A stretch of DNA of 64,000 nt from an uncultured cyanobacterium (lineage in GTDB: Bacteria > Cyanobacteriota > Cyanobacteriia > Cyanobacteriales > CAWUOF01), in the NCBI GenBank assembly GCA_963744145.1, contig CAVUSO010000001.1, positions 3,456,001-3,520,000 on the forward strand, read 5' to 3'. A program made the position numbers and the translations under genes. Numbering within the stretch: position 1 is the first letter of the stretch; each line of letters starts with the position of its first letter. This document shows, piece by piece, positions 50,672-61,147 of this stretch. The notes under the pieces were generated by a model that worked only from the letters and a program-made list of their open reading frames with translations, did not search any database and was not told the DNA's origin.

Positions 50672-52417
50672 ATGTCTTGGTGTTTAAATCAATTTTCTCA
50701 ATTTTTTTCTGGTTATTCTCGGTACAAACAGCAAAAATGGGAGATATTTCCCGATTGGATTATTATTTGGCAAGGTAATGTACCTAATCATATAAATGTG
50801 ACTTGGCGAGAAGGAGAAATCGCGATCGCTGGTATTCAACCTAGCTTTAGTCCTCAAGAACGTTTTGTGATTGTTGGTGATATTTGGTTATCTAACCGTC
50901 TCCAACTGTTAGAGCAAGAAAAAATTAATCCTACTAAAAATGATGGGGAGATAATTGCTTGTTTGTGGGAACGTTGGGGTCTAGATACCCTCAAATATTT
51001 AGAAGGAATGTTTGCGATCGCGATTTGGGATCGGGAACAGGGAAAATTAATTCTGATCCGCGATTATGTTGGGAGTCGCACTTTATATTATAATATTAAT
51101 GGTTTTCCTCGCTATATTGCTCCTCGATTGCGATCGCTTGTACCACTATCTCCATCCTCTTTAAATTTAGTTGCTTTACGAGATTATCTCTGTTGTGCTT
51201 TTGTCCCAGGAGAACAAACTTTATGGGATAATATTCGGGAATTACGTCCAGGAACTTATCTAAAATTACCTGAAGTAAAAATAGAAACCTATTGGGAACC
51301 AAAAGAAAATATTCAAAATGCCGATCAAACGATGGAATGGTACTCCCAATTATTGCGATCGCGCTTAGAAAATATTATTCAAGAATATTTACCATCAAAT
51401 CAACCTGTAGGTGTTTTCCTATCCGGAGGAATTGACTCAAGTTGTATTACTGCTCTAGTTAAAAAATTCCATAATTATCCAGTCCATACTTTCTCAATTC
51501 ATTTTGGTTCCCAATATCCTCATGAGTTAGAATTTGCTAATTTAGTTGCACAACACTGTCAAACTGAACATCATATCTTAGAAATTAAACCTGAGCAACT
51601 CTGGGAACAACTACCATCAGCAATAGCTCAATTAGATGATCCGATCGGGGAAGGATTAACTGTTCCTAATTTGCTAGTTGGACAATTTGCTAAACAATTT
51701 GTTGATATTGTGTTCAATGGTGAAGGAGGAGATCCTTGTTTTGGTGGACCCAAAAATCAACCTATGCTCTTAAATAGTTTATATAGTTCTGTGACTAATC
51801 GTCAGGATACAGATCAATTATCAGCTTATTTGACATCTTTCAAAAAATGCTATCCATATTTACCAACTTTATTAAAACCAGAAATTTGGGCAAAAGTCAA
51901 GGATGAACCTTGGCAATTTACTCAAGACTTAAATAATAGCAATATTGCTTATTTACATCGATTAATGTTAATCAATATCAAAATTAAAGGTGCTGATTAT
52001 ATCCTGACTAAAGTAAATAATTATACTCAAGCAGCAGGATTATCTGGGCGATCGCCATTATTCGATCGACGAATTGTAGAATTAAGCTTACAAATACCAC
52101 CAGAATATAAACTATCAGGAGCTGAAGAAAAAGCAGTGCTTAAACAAGCAGTTAGGGATTTATTACCAGAAATAATTCTTCAGCGACCTAAAAGCGGAAT
52201 GGTGATGAGTATGCAACAATGGTTTATGCAAAAATGGCACCAAGAAGCGAGACATTTACTATTAAATAAAAACGCTGCGATCGCACCGTACTTAAATCAA
52301 ACTCTGCTCAAGGAATGGCTAGAATATCGCGGTCAAATCTGGCAACGTTACGGTGTATTATTATGGCTATTAGTCACCTTAGAAATCTGGCTTCAAACCC
52401 AAAAATCTGCTGATTAG
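50672..52417 (+). CDS. Asparagine synthetase B-like (AsnB family) protein
   Basis: LEGMFAIAIWD...LIRD..G.R.LYY, FLSGGIDSS, NGEGGD..FGG, RSPLFD, EKAVLK.A..DLLP..I..RPK; no N-terminal catalytic Cys. Confidence 0.88.
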   Translation: MSWCLNQFSQFFSGYSRYKQQKWEIFPDWIIIWQGNVPNHINVTWREGEIAIAGIQPSFSPQERFVIVGDIWLSNRLQLLEQEKINPTKNDGEIIACLWERWGLDTLKYLEGMFAIAIWDREQGKLILIRDYVGSRTLYYNINGFPRYIAPRLRSLVPLSPSSLNLVALRDYLCCAFVPGEQTLWDNIRELRPGTYLKLPEVKIETYWEPKENIQNADQTMEWYSQLLRSRLENIIQEYLPSNQPVGVFLSGGIDSSCITALVKKFHNYPVHTFSIHFGSQYPHELEFANLVAQHCQTEHHILEIKPEQLWEQLPSAIAQLDDPIGEGLTVPNLLVGQFAKQFVDIVFNGEGGDPCFGGPKNQPMLLNSLYSSVTNRQDTDQLSAYLTSFKKCYPYLPTLLKPEIWAKVKDEPWQFTQDLNNSNIAYLHRLMLINIKIKGADYILTKVNNYTQAAGLSGRSPLFDRRIVELSLQIPPEYKLSGAEEKAVLKQAVRDLLPEIILQRPKSGMVMSMQQWFMQKWHQEARHLLLNKNAAIAPYLNQTLLKEWLEYRGQIWQRYGVLLWLLVTLEIWLQTQKSAD

Positions 52418-52473
52418 GATGTGAGAGCATTAGTGGTTAATTTAAAAAAAAATACTAAGGAAACATCAACAGA

Positions 52474-52771
52474 ACCCTTCGACTACGCTCAGGGCAAGTT
52501 TTGTCCAGATTTGTAGGGGCAAAGCATTTCGGCAGATCAATAATTGTTTAGAGCGAGAGAACTATAAACGAAATGCTTTGCCCAGCCATTGATGAATCAA
52601 ATCGATTGACTATATAGATGATCTGTAGTCAGAATTTCCCTAATTGCTATAAATTGGATTTTCATAGCTTTAGTTGATCTGTTGGCTGCATAGATGTGAG
52701 GGCAAAGCATTTCGGTAATATTATTCTTCGTTGAAGCAATCATTGATTTGCCGAAATGCTTTGCCCCTACA
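52474..52771. repeat. Cluster of REP-like palindromes (GGGCAAAGCATTTCGG...CCGAAATGCTTTGCCC)
   Basis: Pairs at 52513-52583 and 52698-52771; about 52670-52770 is an inverted homolog of about 27436-27533; CCCTTCG(A/G)CTACGCTCAGGG also occurs near 27623. Confidence 0.8.
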
Positions 52772-52855
52772 TACCCGGACAAAATTATTTTCACGTTTCA
52801 TTTAGGTTTGCTATATAATTGGTAGATTAGAGAGAGATAATAAAAAACTTCACAC

Positions 52856-54166
52856 TTAACCAAAACTTTCATAACCATACACATATCCTCCACCATAACC
52901 TTCTTCTACTACTACTAAACTATCACTTCCAGTTAATTGACTACGAGAAATTCCCTGACTCAGAACTTGCAAAATTCTTTGTGGACTAAAAGATTCTAAT
53001 TCGACAAAATTACCAGCTTCTAACCAATCTAATTCTGATTTTTCCAAACTTTGCCTGATTTCAACTGACAATTGTTTTGCTTCATTAGCAGAGGTAGCTG
53101 AATTACTAATCGATATATTTTTGCTAGCTAAAATTTGACGAGGTGTTAACCCTAAATCATAAATCATGATCTCTGTATTTTGAAACCATTGGGGTTGAGT
53201 TCGCAAATTATGAACTAAAGTTATCCCCTGGGGACTAGCATCATGTAAAGCATAAACTTTCAAATTAGAATTTCGCTTTAACATCTCTAAAACTGTCTCA
53301 AAAATACTTTGAGGATATCTATTAATGCTCAGAATTGCACAGTTGTTTTCAAAATGGAAATTATTCGCAATTAACATTTGAGCAATTGCTGCACTATCAC
53401 AAATAACTGCTCGATCGAAACTATAATTAGTTAGATCAGAATTAATATTTCTCGATAAACCTTCTTCACGGAGAGGAGGAAGCATTTTCTCGATCGGTTG
53501 ATTAATTTCTTCCCAACGATTTACCCATGTTTGAAATTGTGATTGATTAATTAATAAATCTTGGGGAATGTAATTTTGCCGTTCTAATTCTCTCCTACCC
53601 ATATAAATAGCTATTATCCCCAAAATCAAACTGCTCAAATAAATAAAAGGTAAATGAGCAATAATTCCCAACAGAATTCCACCAATTAAAATGATGAGAC
53701 CACTAGTTGATAGACGTTCAGCATTTTGACGACGAATTTTGGGAGTTAAACTCCCAGAAATGCTTTGAAAATAACTAATAGAAATCACTAAAGCTGGAAT
53801 CAAAACAAGTAGGAGTGTTAAAAAATTGATCGAACTTGATTTGAGAGATTTATCGATCAGAATAAAGCCGATCAAAATATATACTGGTAGGAGGATAATC
53901 CAAGGATTCCCAGCTATAGATTTTTTCCTATTTAATCGTTTACCCAGATAATAAAAAAACTGTTTCGGGGTAAAGTAGAGAGAATTATTATTAGAAAGAT
54001 CCGCGATCGCTTGAGCAAAAAATACATCAGTAAATTTTAATTTTGGATCAGTGACTGTTACCGGGTCAAACACAAAGGGATGTCCACAATTTTTACACCG
54101 TCCCTGATTGTTGGTGCGATCGCTCAAGTTATTATCAGTCTGACATCTAACACATTTAACACCCAT
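52856..54166 (-). CDS. Membrane protein with N-terminal Zn ribbon and C-terminal degenerate TOPRIM-like domain
   Basis: CVRC...CKNC; 4 TM segments; VYALHDASPQG...DLGLTP...VELES. Confidence 0.7.
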   Translation of the reverse strand: MGVKCVRCQTDNNLSDRTNNQGRCKNCGHPFVFDPVTVTDPKLKFTDVFFAQAIADLSNNNSLYFTPKQFFYYLGKRLNRKKSIAGNPWIILLPVYILIGFILIDKSLKSSSINFLTLLLVLIPALVISISYFQSISGSLTPKIRRQNAERLSTSGLIILIGGILLGIIAHLPFIYLSSLILGIIAIYMGRRELERQNYIPQDLLINQSQFQTWVNRWEEINQPIEKMLPPLREEGLSRNINSDLTNYSFDRAVICDSAAIAQMLIANNFHFENNCAILSINRYPQSIFETVLEMLKRNSNLKVYALHDASPQGITLVHNLRTQPQWFQNTEIMIYDLGLTPRQILASKNISISNSATSANEAKQLSVEIRQSLEKSELDWLEAGNFVELESFSPQRILQVLSQGISRSQLTGSDSLVVVEEGYGGGYVYGYESFG

Positions 54167-54175
54167 AACTTTTCA

Positions 54176-54385
54176 TTATTCCTGACTAGGTAAATCGGGA
54201 AAAACCCATTGAGGTGGTTGATTGCGCTTTTTTCTTAAAGCTTCTTCAGCTATAATCAGCATCTGATCCAAAGAAGTTTCCTCAATAAACTTTGATATTT
54301 CTGCTACATATTCTTTATTAGGACATTGATCACCTAAAATGCAGCCATTTTTACAAACTTCAGCACAATTAATCTGATTTTCCAT
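54176..54385 (-). CDS. Small Cys-containing hypothetical protein
   Basis: INCAEVC.NGCILGDQCPN; GGAG RBS; operonic between ychF and the next gene. Confidence 0.75.
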   Translation of the reverse strand: MENQINCAEVCKNGCILGDQCPNKEYVAEISKFIEETSLDQMLIIAEEALRKKRNQPPQWVFPDLPSQE

Positions 54386-54444
54386 TGGTAACTCCTTTTC
54401 CTACTTAACAATTAACACTCAATTCCGGACTAAACCTTACTAAC

Positions 54445-55536
54445 TTATACATTAAACCGGAACAACATGACATCACCTTCCTGAACAATATACTCTTTCC
54501 CTTCACTCCGAACTAACCCCTTTTCTTTAGCAGCATTCATCGAACCAGTTGCTACCAAATCATGATAAGCAACAGTTTCAGCACGAATAAAACCCCGTTC
54601 AAAATCAGAGTGAATAACTCCAGCAGCTTGAGGAGCAAACATTCCTGCTTTAATCGTCCAAGCACGAGTCTCTTTCGGACCAGTAGTTAAAAAAGTCCGT
54701 AACCCTAAAAGCTCGTAGGTAGCTTTCACCAAAGATTTTAAACCACCTTCTTGCACCCCTAGACTAGCTAGAAAATCATCTCGTTCCGTCGCTGATAACT
54801 CTACTAATTCTGACTCAACTTGAGCGGAAACAACCACTACCTGAGCATTTTCTACTGCTGCAAGTTTCCGGACTTGTTCTACCCAATCATTCCCTGTCGC
54901 TAAATCATCTTCAGATACATTTGCTGCATAAATAATCGGCTTATTAGTGAGCAAATCCAATTGTTGTACTGCGATCGCTTCTTCTTCATTTAAGCTGACC
55001 TGACGAACTGGTTTACCAGCATTCAAAGCTGTAATAATCTTTTCCAATGCTCCCACTTCGATCTGAGCTTCCTTACTCGTCCGAGCTTGTTTACGGGTGC
55101 GATCGCAGCGTTTTTCTACCTGAGCTAAATCTGCTAAAGCTAACTCTAAATTAATGACTTCAATATCCTGTAAGGGATCAACAACTCCAGCCACATGGAT
55201 AATATCATCATTTTCAAAACAGCGGACTACATGGACGATCGCATCAACTTCCCGAATATGGGACAAAAACTGATTACCTAACCCTTCCCCTTGACTAGCA
55301 CCTTTAACTAAACCAGCAATATCTACAAACTCAATCTGGGTAGGAATAATTTGCACGGATGACGAAATTTTGGCTAATACATCCAAACGCTCATCTGGGA
55401 CTGCGACCACACCCCGATTGGGTTCAATGGTACAAAAAGGAAAATTAGCAGCTTGGGCTTTAGCACTTGCCACTAAGGCATTAAATAGAGTAGACTTTCC
55501 GACATTAGGTAATCCGACAATCCCGGCTCTTAGCAT
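54445..55536 (-). CDS. ychF: Redox-regulated ATPase YchF
   Basis: GIVGLPNVGKST, NFPFCTIEPN, DIAGLV.GAS.GEGLGNQFL, C-terminal TGS domain. Confidence 0.97.
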   Translation of the reverse strand: MLRAGIVGLPNVGKSTLFNALVASAKAQAANFPFCTIEPNRGVVAVPDERLDVLAKISSSVQIIPTQIEFVDIAGLVKGASQGEGLGNQFLSHIREVDAIVHVVRCFENDDIIHVAGVVDPLQDIEVINLELALADLAQVEKRCDRTRKQARTSKEAQIEVGALEKIITALNAGKPVRQVSLNEEEAIAVQQLDLLTNKPIIYAANVSEDDLATGNDWVEQVRKLAAVENAQVVVVSAQVESELVELSATERDDFLASLGVQEGGLKSLVKATYELLGLRTFLTTGPKETRAWTIKAGMFAPQAAGVIHSDFERGFIRAETVAYHDLVATGSMNAAKEKGLVRSEGKEYIVQEGDVMLFRFNV

Positions 55537-55617
55537 AATCAGTAACAAACATCTTTTCTTAGTAATACTGTGACATTAAACTGAATCTTATTGATTTAGT
55601 GATCTAATTTTTCCAAA

Positions 55618-57057
55618 TTGCAAACCAACATCCCAATACTAAATGCGCTTTTAACTGTTACAGGTAAACCCCATGCGCCATTTTACACCCCCGGACATAA
55701 ACAGGGTAAAGGAATTTTGGCCCAAATGAGGGAATCTTTTGGTGCAAAGATATTTCAAGCAGATTTACCAGAATTACCCGAACTAGATAACCTATTTGCT
55801 CCAGAAGGTGTGATCCAAGAAGCTCAAGCACTAGCAGCTCAAGCATTTGGTGCATCACAAACTTGGTTTCTTGTCAATGGTTCGACTGTAGGCATAATTG
55901 CCTCAATTTTAACTGTATGTAATCCAGGTGAAAAAATTATTTTACCTCGTAATATCCATCAGTCAGTAATCTCTGGACTGATTTTATCTGGGGCTATACC
56001 AGTTTTTATTAATCCAGAATATGACCCAAACTGGGATTTAGCCCATAGTATCACACCCTCCGCCGTTGCTGCTGCCCTAGCGGCACATCCCCAAGCCAAA
56101 GCAGTAATGATGGTTTATCCTACCTATCAAGGAGTATGTGGAGATGTAAAAGCGATCGCAACTCTCACTCATAAATACGGAATACCTTTATTAGTAGATG
56201 AAGCTCACGGTGCCCATTTTACCTTTCATTCCCAATTACCAACTGCTGCTCTTGCGGCTGGGGCTGATTTAACCGTACAATCGATCCACAAAACCCTTAG
56301 TGCCATGACCCAATCCTCCATGTTGCAGGTCCAAGGTGAGCGGATCGATAGACAAAAACTGAGCCAAACCTTACAACTCTTACAATCTAGCAGTCCGAAC
56401 TATCTCCTCCTCGCTTCCTTAGATGCAGCTCGACACCAAATGGCGATCGCAGGTCCAGAATTAATCACTCAAACCTTACAATTAGCAGATCAAGCTAGAA
56501 ATCGACTTAAACAAATTCCTGGACTTTCCGTCCTAGAACCAACTACCCCAACTCCTGGTGTAATGGAATTCGATCGCACCAGATTAACTGTAAAAGTATC
56601 AGACCTAGGTATAAATGGATTTACCGCAGATGAAATTCTCACTCAACAAGGAGTAATCGCCGAATTACCCTCCTTACGTCAACTCACCTTTATAATTAGC
56701 TTAGGTAATACCCAAACAGACATCGATCGTCTAGTCCAAGCATTCACCTGGTTAGCCCAAACTAAAACCAACCCACCAAATTTCTTACCAATTCACCTCC
56801 TACCTTGTCCCAAAGCCCAACTTTCACCCCGGGCAGCTTTTTTTGCCCCAACTACCACCTTACCCATTGAAAATACTAGCGATCGCATTAGTGCAGAACT
56901 AATCTGTCCCTATCCACCAGGAATTCCGATCCTCGTACCGGGTGAAATCATTACTACTGTGGCTTGGGAATATTTACAACAAATTCGCGCTTTAGGTGGG
57001 AAAATCATTGGGTGTAGTAATCCTACCTTGGCCACTTTAAAGGTTGTGCAAAGTTAA
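55618..57057 (+). CDS. Orn/Lys/Arg decarboxylase family PLP enzyme
   Basis: TPGHKQG, LVNGST, PRN.HQS, VDEAHG, QSIHKTL (PLP Lys), PYPPGIP...PGE. Confidence 0.92.
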   Translation: MQTNIPILNALLTVTGKPHAPFYTPGHKQGKGILAQMRESFGAKIFQADLPELPELDNLFAPEGVIQEAQALAAQAFGASQTWFLVNGSTVGIIASILTVCNPGEKIILPRNIHQSVISGLILSGAIPVFINPEYDPNWDLAHSITPSAVAAALAAHPQAKAVMMVYPTYQGVCGDVKAIATLTHKYGIPLLVDEAHGAHFTFHSQLPTAALAAGADLTVQSIHKTLSAMTQSSMLQVQGERIDRQKLSQTLQLLQSSSPNYLLLASLDAARHQMAIAGPELITQTLQLADQARNRLKQIPGLSVLEPTTPTPGVMEFDRTRLTVKVSDLGINGFTADEILTQQGVIAELPSLRQLTFIISLGNTQTDIDRLVQAFTWLAQTKTNPPNFLPIHLLPCPKAQLSPRAAFFAPTTTLPIENTSDRISAELICPYPPGIPILVPGEIITTVAWEYLQQIRALGGKIIGCSNPTLATLKVVQS

Positions 57058-57074
57058 ACAATCTGCTTAAATTA

Positions 57075-57170
57075 GTTAGGAATAAGAATTAAATAACTGG
57101 CTTGTAGTAAGTGCTAAAGTGCTAAAGCGTTTACTACTAACCAGCGTAATTATTTAATTTCTACCTTAGT
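57075..57170. repeat. Short inverted-repeat element with a GTAGTAAG...TTACTAC core
   Basis: AATTAAATAA / TTATTTAATT arms; related partial copy at about 30886-30950. Confidence 0.5.
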
Positions 57171-57213
57171 TATAGATATTCAAAATCAACAGAAAAATTA
57201 TCAATTAACAATT

Positions 57214-57816
57214 ATGACTACCAAGCTTTGGCCCTATATTACCCCAGGTATTCCTGATGAACTATTTGAGCGTTTACCTGGTATTCCCCTCAGTAAACGA
57301 GAAGTACGATTGCTCCTAATTTCCATGCTGCGACTCAAACCTCATGATGTTTTGTGGGATATTGGTGCAGGAACAGGGACGATTCCGGTGGAAATTGGAC
57401 TATTATGTCCAACCTGTCGGATTATTGCGGTGGAAAGGGATGAAGAAGTCGCTAGTTTAATTCGTCGGAACTGCGATCGCTTTGAAATTAAAAATATCGA
57501 AGTGATTGAAGCTATTGCTCCGGAATGTTTTCCTAATCTTCCTGCTCCACCCCAAACTGTCTGTCTCGAAGGTGGACATCCGATTAAAGCGATTCTGAAA
57601 GAAGTTTGGCAATATCTACCCGATCAAGGTCGAATTGTTGCTACAGCTGCAAGTTTGGAAAGTCTTTATGCTATTTCTGAATGTTTTGCGGAATTACAAG
57701 TTCGCAATATCGAAATCGTCCAATCTGCCTTTAACCGTTTAGAAACCAGAGGTTTACATCAAGTTTTTGCCGCAGTTGATCCCTTTTTTCTGCTTAGTGG
57801 CGAAAAATTAACATAA
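57214..57816 (+). CDS. cbiT: Precorrin-6Y C5,15-methyltransferase subunit CbiT
   Basis: PGIPDELF, PLSKREVR, WDIGAGTG, IAVERD. Confidence 0.92.
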   Translation: MTTKLWPYITPGIPDELFERLPGIPLSKREVRLLLISMLRLKPHDVLWDIGAGTGTIPVEIGLLCPTCRIIAVERDEEVASLIRRNCDRFEIKNIEVIEAIAPECFPNLPAPPQTVCLEGGHPIKAILKEVWQYLPDQGRIVATAASLESLYAISECFAELQVRNIEIVQSAFNRLETRGLHQVFAAVDPFFLLSGEKLT

Positions 57817-58032
57817 ATCACATCTGGATATTCCCTCAATCTGTCACAATATATAAAAGTTACTTTTAAATCTTAGTTAACATTTAGTTAAACTTTTAAT
57901 TTATCTCCCTGTTTCTGCCTGGAACTGCCCCAGAAAAGTCATGTGTGACCCAAAAACTGAGGCTGTATACCCAATTGGCTATTGATCAAGTAGATCGAGA
58001 GGGAGAGCTATATATCTGGAGAAATTTGGGTT

Positions 58033-58899
58033 ATGTCTTGGTCTCGGATTGTGAGCGGAATTGTCGCGATCGCCCTAGCATTAGGGATGATTATTTTGGG
58101 AGGGTGGTATTTCACCCTGGGATTTAGCCTGATTGTCTATTTAGGTCAATTAGAACTTTTCAATTTAATCCACGCTAAAGGTATTCTACCCGCAGCCAAA
58201 ACTACTTTGGTGGCTAGTCAAATTCTCTTAATTACAGCCACAATTGATCCCAATTTAGCGGATGCGTTCTTTCCCATTGCGGGAACTTTTATCTGTTTCT
58301 ATTTAGTTTTTCAACCTAAATTTGCCACTATTGCTGATATTTCTGCTTCTCTGATGGTGCTATTTTATGGTGGATGGCTCCCAACTTACTGGGTCCGCTT
58401 GCGATCGCTTGGTTCGGTCAGTAGTAATTTACCTTTGGCTGGTTATTGGCCCAATTCTTGGCAACCAGATGCTTTTCCCTCCGGTTTGATGCTCACTCTC
58501 CTAGCATTTAGCTGTATTTGGGCTGCGGATATCGGTGCTTATTTTTTTGGGAAATATTTTGGTAAGACTCGTCTTTCTGATATCAGTCCGAAAAAAACTG
58601 TGGAAGGTGCCGCTTTTGGAATGGCTGGTAGTGTGAGTGTAGGGATATTGGGAGCTTGGTTGCTCCATTGGCCCAGTTGGACTTTTACGGGAATTGCGTT
58701 TGGTTTACTGATTGGGATTGCCAGTTTATTAGGAGACTTAACCGAGTCAATGATGAAACGTGATGCTGGGGTCAAAGATTCTGGTCAATTAATTCCAGGT
58801 CATGGGGGGATTTTAGATCGTACTGATAGTTATGTCTTTACTGCCCCCCTAGTTTACTATTTTATCACCCTTCTCTTGCCCCTATTATCACGCATTTAG
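58033..58899 (+). CDS. cdsA: Phosphatidate cytidylyltransferase
   Basis: DIGAYFFG..FG, ISPKKTVEG, GDLTES.MKRDAGVKDSG.LIPGHGGILDR.DS. Confidence 0.96.
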   Translation: MSWSRIVSGIVAIALALGMIILGGWYFTLGFSLIVYLGQLELFNLIHAKGILPAAKTTLVASQILLITATIDPNLADAFFPIAGTFICFYLVFQPKFATIADISASLMVLFYGGWLPTYWVRLRSLGSVSSNLPLAGYWPNSWQPDAFPSGLMLTLLAFSCIWAADIGAYFFGKYFGKTRLSDISPKKTVEGAAFGMAGSVSVGILGAWLLHWPSWTFTGIAFGLLIGIASLLGDLTESMMKRDAGVKDSGQLIPGHGGILDRTDSYVFTAPLVYYFITLLLPLLSRI

Positions 58900-59610
58900 T
58901 TAAGCATTAATCTCTGGGTCGGGTAAGACATTAATCCGACCGCGACAAACCAGTAGACCAGTTGTTAAGGTTAATTCTTCTAGATCTACTTCTGAACCTA
59001 AATCTACTTTGAAGCCATCTAATAAGTTACTGGTAATAGCTGAGGATGTTTTTATTTCCGGTTGCTCAAAACCTAATTCATGGTTACTGGTCAAACCTAG
59101 ACCGGTGTCCAGTTGCCAAGGATGTGGTTGACCATCCTCAGACACTAAAGTAGTGTTTAAAATCAGCCGATCGTCAGTAATTATTACCTGGAGATTTGCA
59201 AATCTAACAGGTCGTTGGTTTTCAATTTGGACTAAGGGAAGTAGAAATTCACTCACTGCGTTTGCAAATAAGGGTGCTTGGAGAGAAGCATTAAAATCTG
59301 TTTGGGTCATCCGTAGTTCTCCAAAAATTTGCACCGGATCTAGCAGACGTAAGGGTTTACCTTTAACTACTTGACCAATATTGATCCGTATCCCTGTCCC
59401 AGTAAGATTTACTTGGGTGAGATGTAATCCTTTATATATCGCACCAGTAGCAGAGAGGGAAATTGCCGGAATAGTCCCCGTGAGGATTTGTTGATCACTA
59501 CCTTCGAGTTTAAATTGGAGGTCGGCAATTTTTGATACTTGCGATCGCAACCATAATCTCACAGCAGGAGACAAAATTTTGCTGATAATGCGGCTTTGCT
59601 TGGTAGTCAA
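58900..59610 (-). CDS. DUF2993 (LmeA-like) protein
   Basis: ILSPAVRLWLRSQV, G.D.QIL.G.IP, Y.GL.L, IN.GQV.KGKPLRLL.P. Confidence 0.75.
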   Translation of the reverse strand: MTTKQSRIISKILSPAVRLWLRSQVSKIADLQFKLEGSDQQILTGTIPAISLSATGAIYKGLHLTQVNLTGTGIRINIGQVVKGKPLRLLDPVQIFGELRMTQTDFNASLQAPLFANAVSEFLLPLVQIENQRPVRFANLQVIITDDRLILNTTLVSEDGQPHPWQLDTGLGLTSNHELGFEQPEIKTSSAITSNLLDGFKVDLGSEVDLEELTLTTGLLVCRGRINVLPDPEINA

Positions 59611-59775
59611 GGTTTTTAATTTTTAATTTTCCAACAAGATGGGATTTTACGATGAAAGTTCAATCTGTTCAACTAAAATATTTCCAAAAATATTCTCTGA
59701 AGATATTTATTTAATCTTGACACTTGATAAATAAATTGACTATGGTCTATGCAAAGGTCAGTCCCATAAATAAAT

Positions 59776-60590
59776 ATGAATTGGAATTTAAAAATGATCG
59801 CACATCCTCTACCTGGAGATGGTGATTCTAGTGGTAAAATGATTATTGGATCTATTTTAAAATTTCTTAACCCAATTGAGACTTACCCTGATTTGGCTTC
59901 AGATTTAAGTCAAGAGTTTCAACTACAGGTTTTTCAGTTAGGCAATCCCTTATCTAATTATAGAGTACCAATCTTATCAAGTAATACTGTTCTGGATGAA
60001 CAAAATGTTGATAATCTTTACTTAATCTGCGAAGGGCGGGTGCGCTTACTAGGTTTTTCTGAAGAAAAACAACGAGAAGTGTCATTAGGAGTGCTAGAAA
60101 CTGGGGAAATATTTGGCTTAGATCAGCACTTTTCCAATCATAATTTGCCTGATCGAGCGATCGCGGCTAGTGCGGTCGCGATCGCCGAGATTTCTTATTG
60201 CAAATTGGAATATTACTTAAAACAATTACCGGCTCTAGCAGACCTAATAAAAACTATACTATCTGCCCTTTGGAGTTTAGGGTTAACGGCTAGTCGCCAA
60301 TATCTGCTAGGATATTTTTCCAATCGGCTAGTTCTAACTCTGATCAGCGGCTTTATTAGGCACGCTTTGTCATTGCCCTTAAAATTTTTTGAATCGCGAC
60401 GAGTAGGAGATATCACTACCCGTGTTCAGGAAAACCAAAAAATTCAGCGGTTTTTAGTCAGTCAAGTAATCCTGTCTTGGTTAGATATATTGATGGGAGT
60501 TATTTATTTGGGGTTAATGTTCTATTATAACGCCAAATTGACTTTTTTAGTCTTAGCATTAATTCCCCCCATGATTATTTTAACTTTGGC
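59776..60590 (+). pseudogene. Peptidase-containing type I secretion ABC transporter remnant
   Basis: cNMP-like domain (LYLICEGRVRL...GEIFG) fused directly to mid-TMD (LPLKFFESRRVGDITTRVQEN.KIQRFL); C39 domain and NBD missing. Confidence 0.8.
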
Positions 60591-61129
60591 CGGGTTCGCC
60601 AGCTATCATCAAAGATACGGGCAAACCACTGACTTAAGTTTACAGGATTTTTACCAAGTAATTCCATTTTCTTAAGAAAATCTTCCAGCGATCGTAATTC
60701 ACTGAGGGGTAATTCTTGTACTTCTACCTTTTCCACAAATCCCAACAGAGTTGCTTCCCGGAGAGATTCATCGAGTTGCACTATCACATAAGCAATTCGA
60801 TCTGACCAAACCTCTGGTGGTATTTGACATATATGGGAATTTGGTAGCACTACCCTACACTCGATTCTGCCATAATCTTTTACTTCTAAATCAGCCACAT
60901 CCATCAAAGTCTGCATCACCGGATTCCAACTATAACTAGCAGACAAATCCGTTTCAAACCCCATGCACTCTAAATAATAATTTACTGCATATACCGCCAA
61001 TGTATTCAAATAAACCTGCTTGGCTTTTTGGAGATTAGCTTGATGATGCCGAAATTTTTCAGCTAGAGAATGAGCTGCTAAAGCTAGGGAAACCGTAAAA
61101 TTAAAATCTTCGTTGTTGTCTCTCATCAT
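60575..61129 (-). pseudogene. DUF1822 family protein, C-terminally truncated
   Basis: KAKQVYLNTLAVYAV, G.IECR.V, DRIAYV.VQL...ATLLGF, VNLSQWF, then runs into the transporter remnant. Confidence 0.75.
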
Positions 61130-61147
61130 CCCAAATACCTCTTTTAT

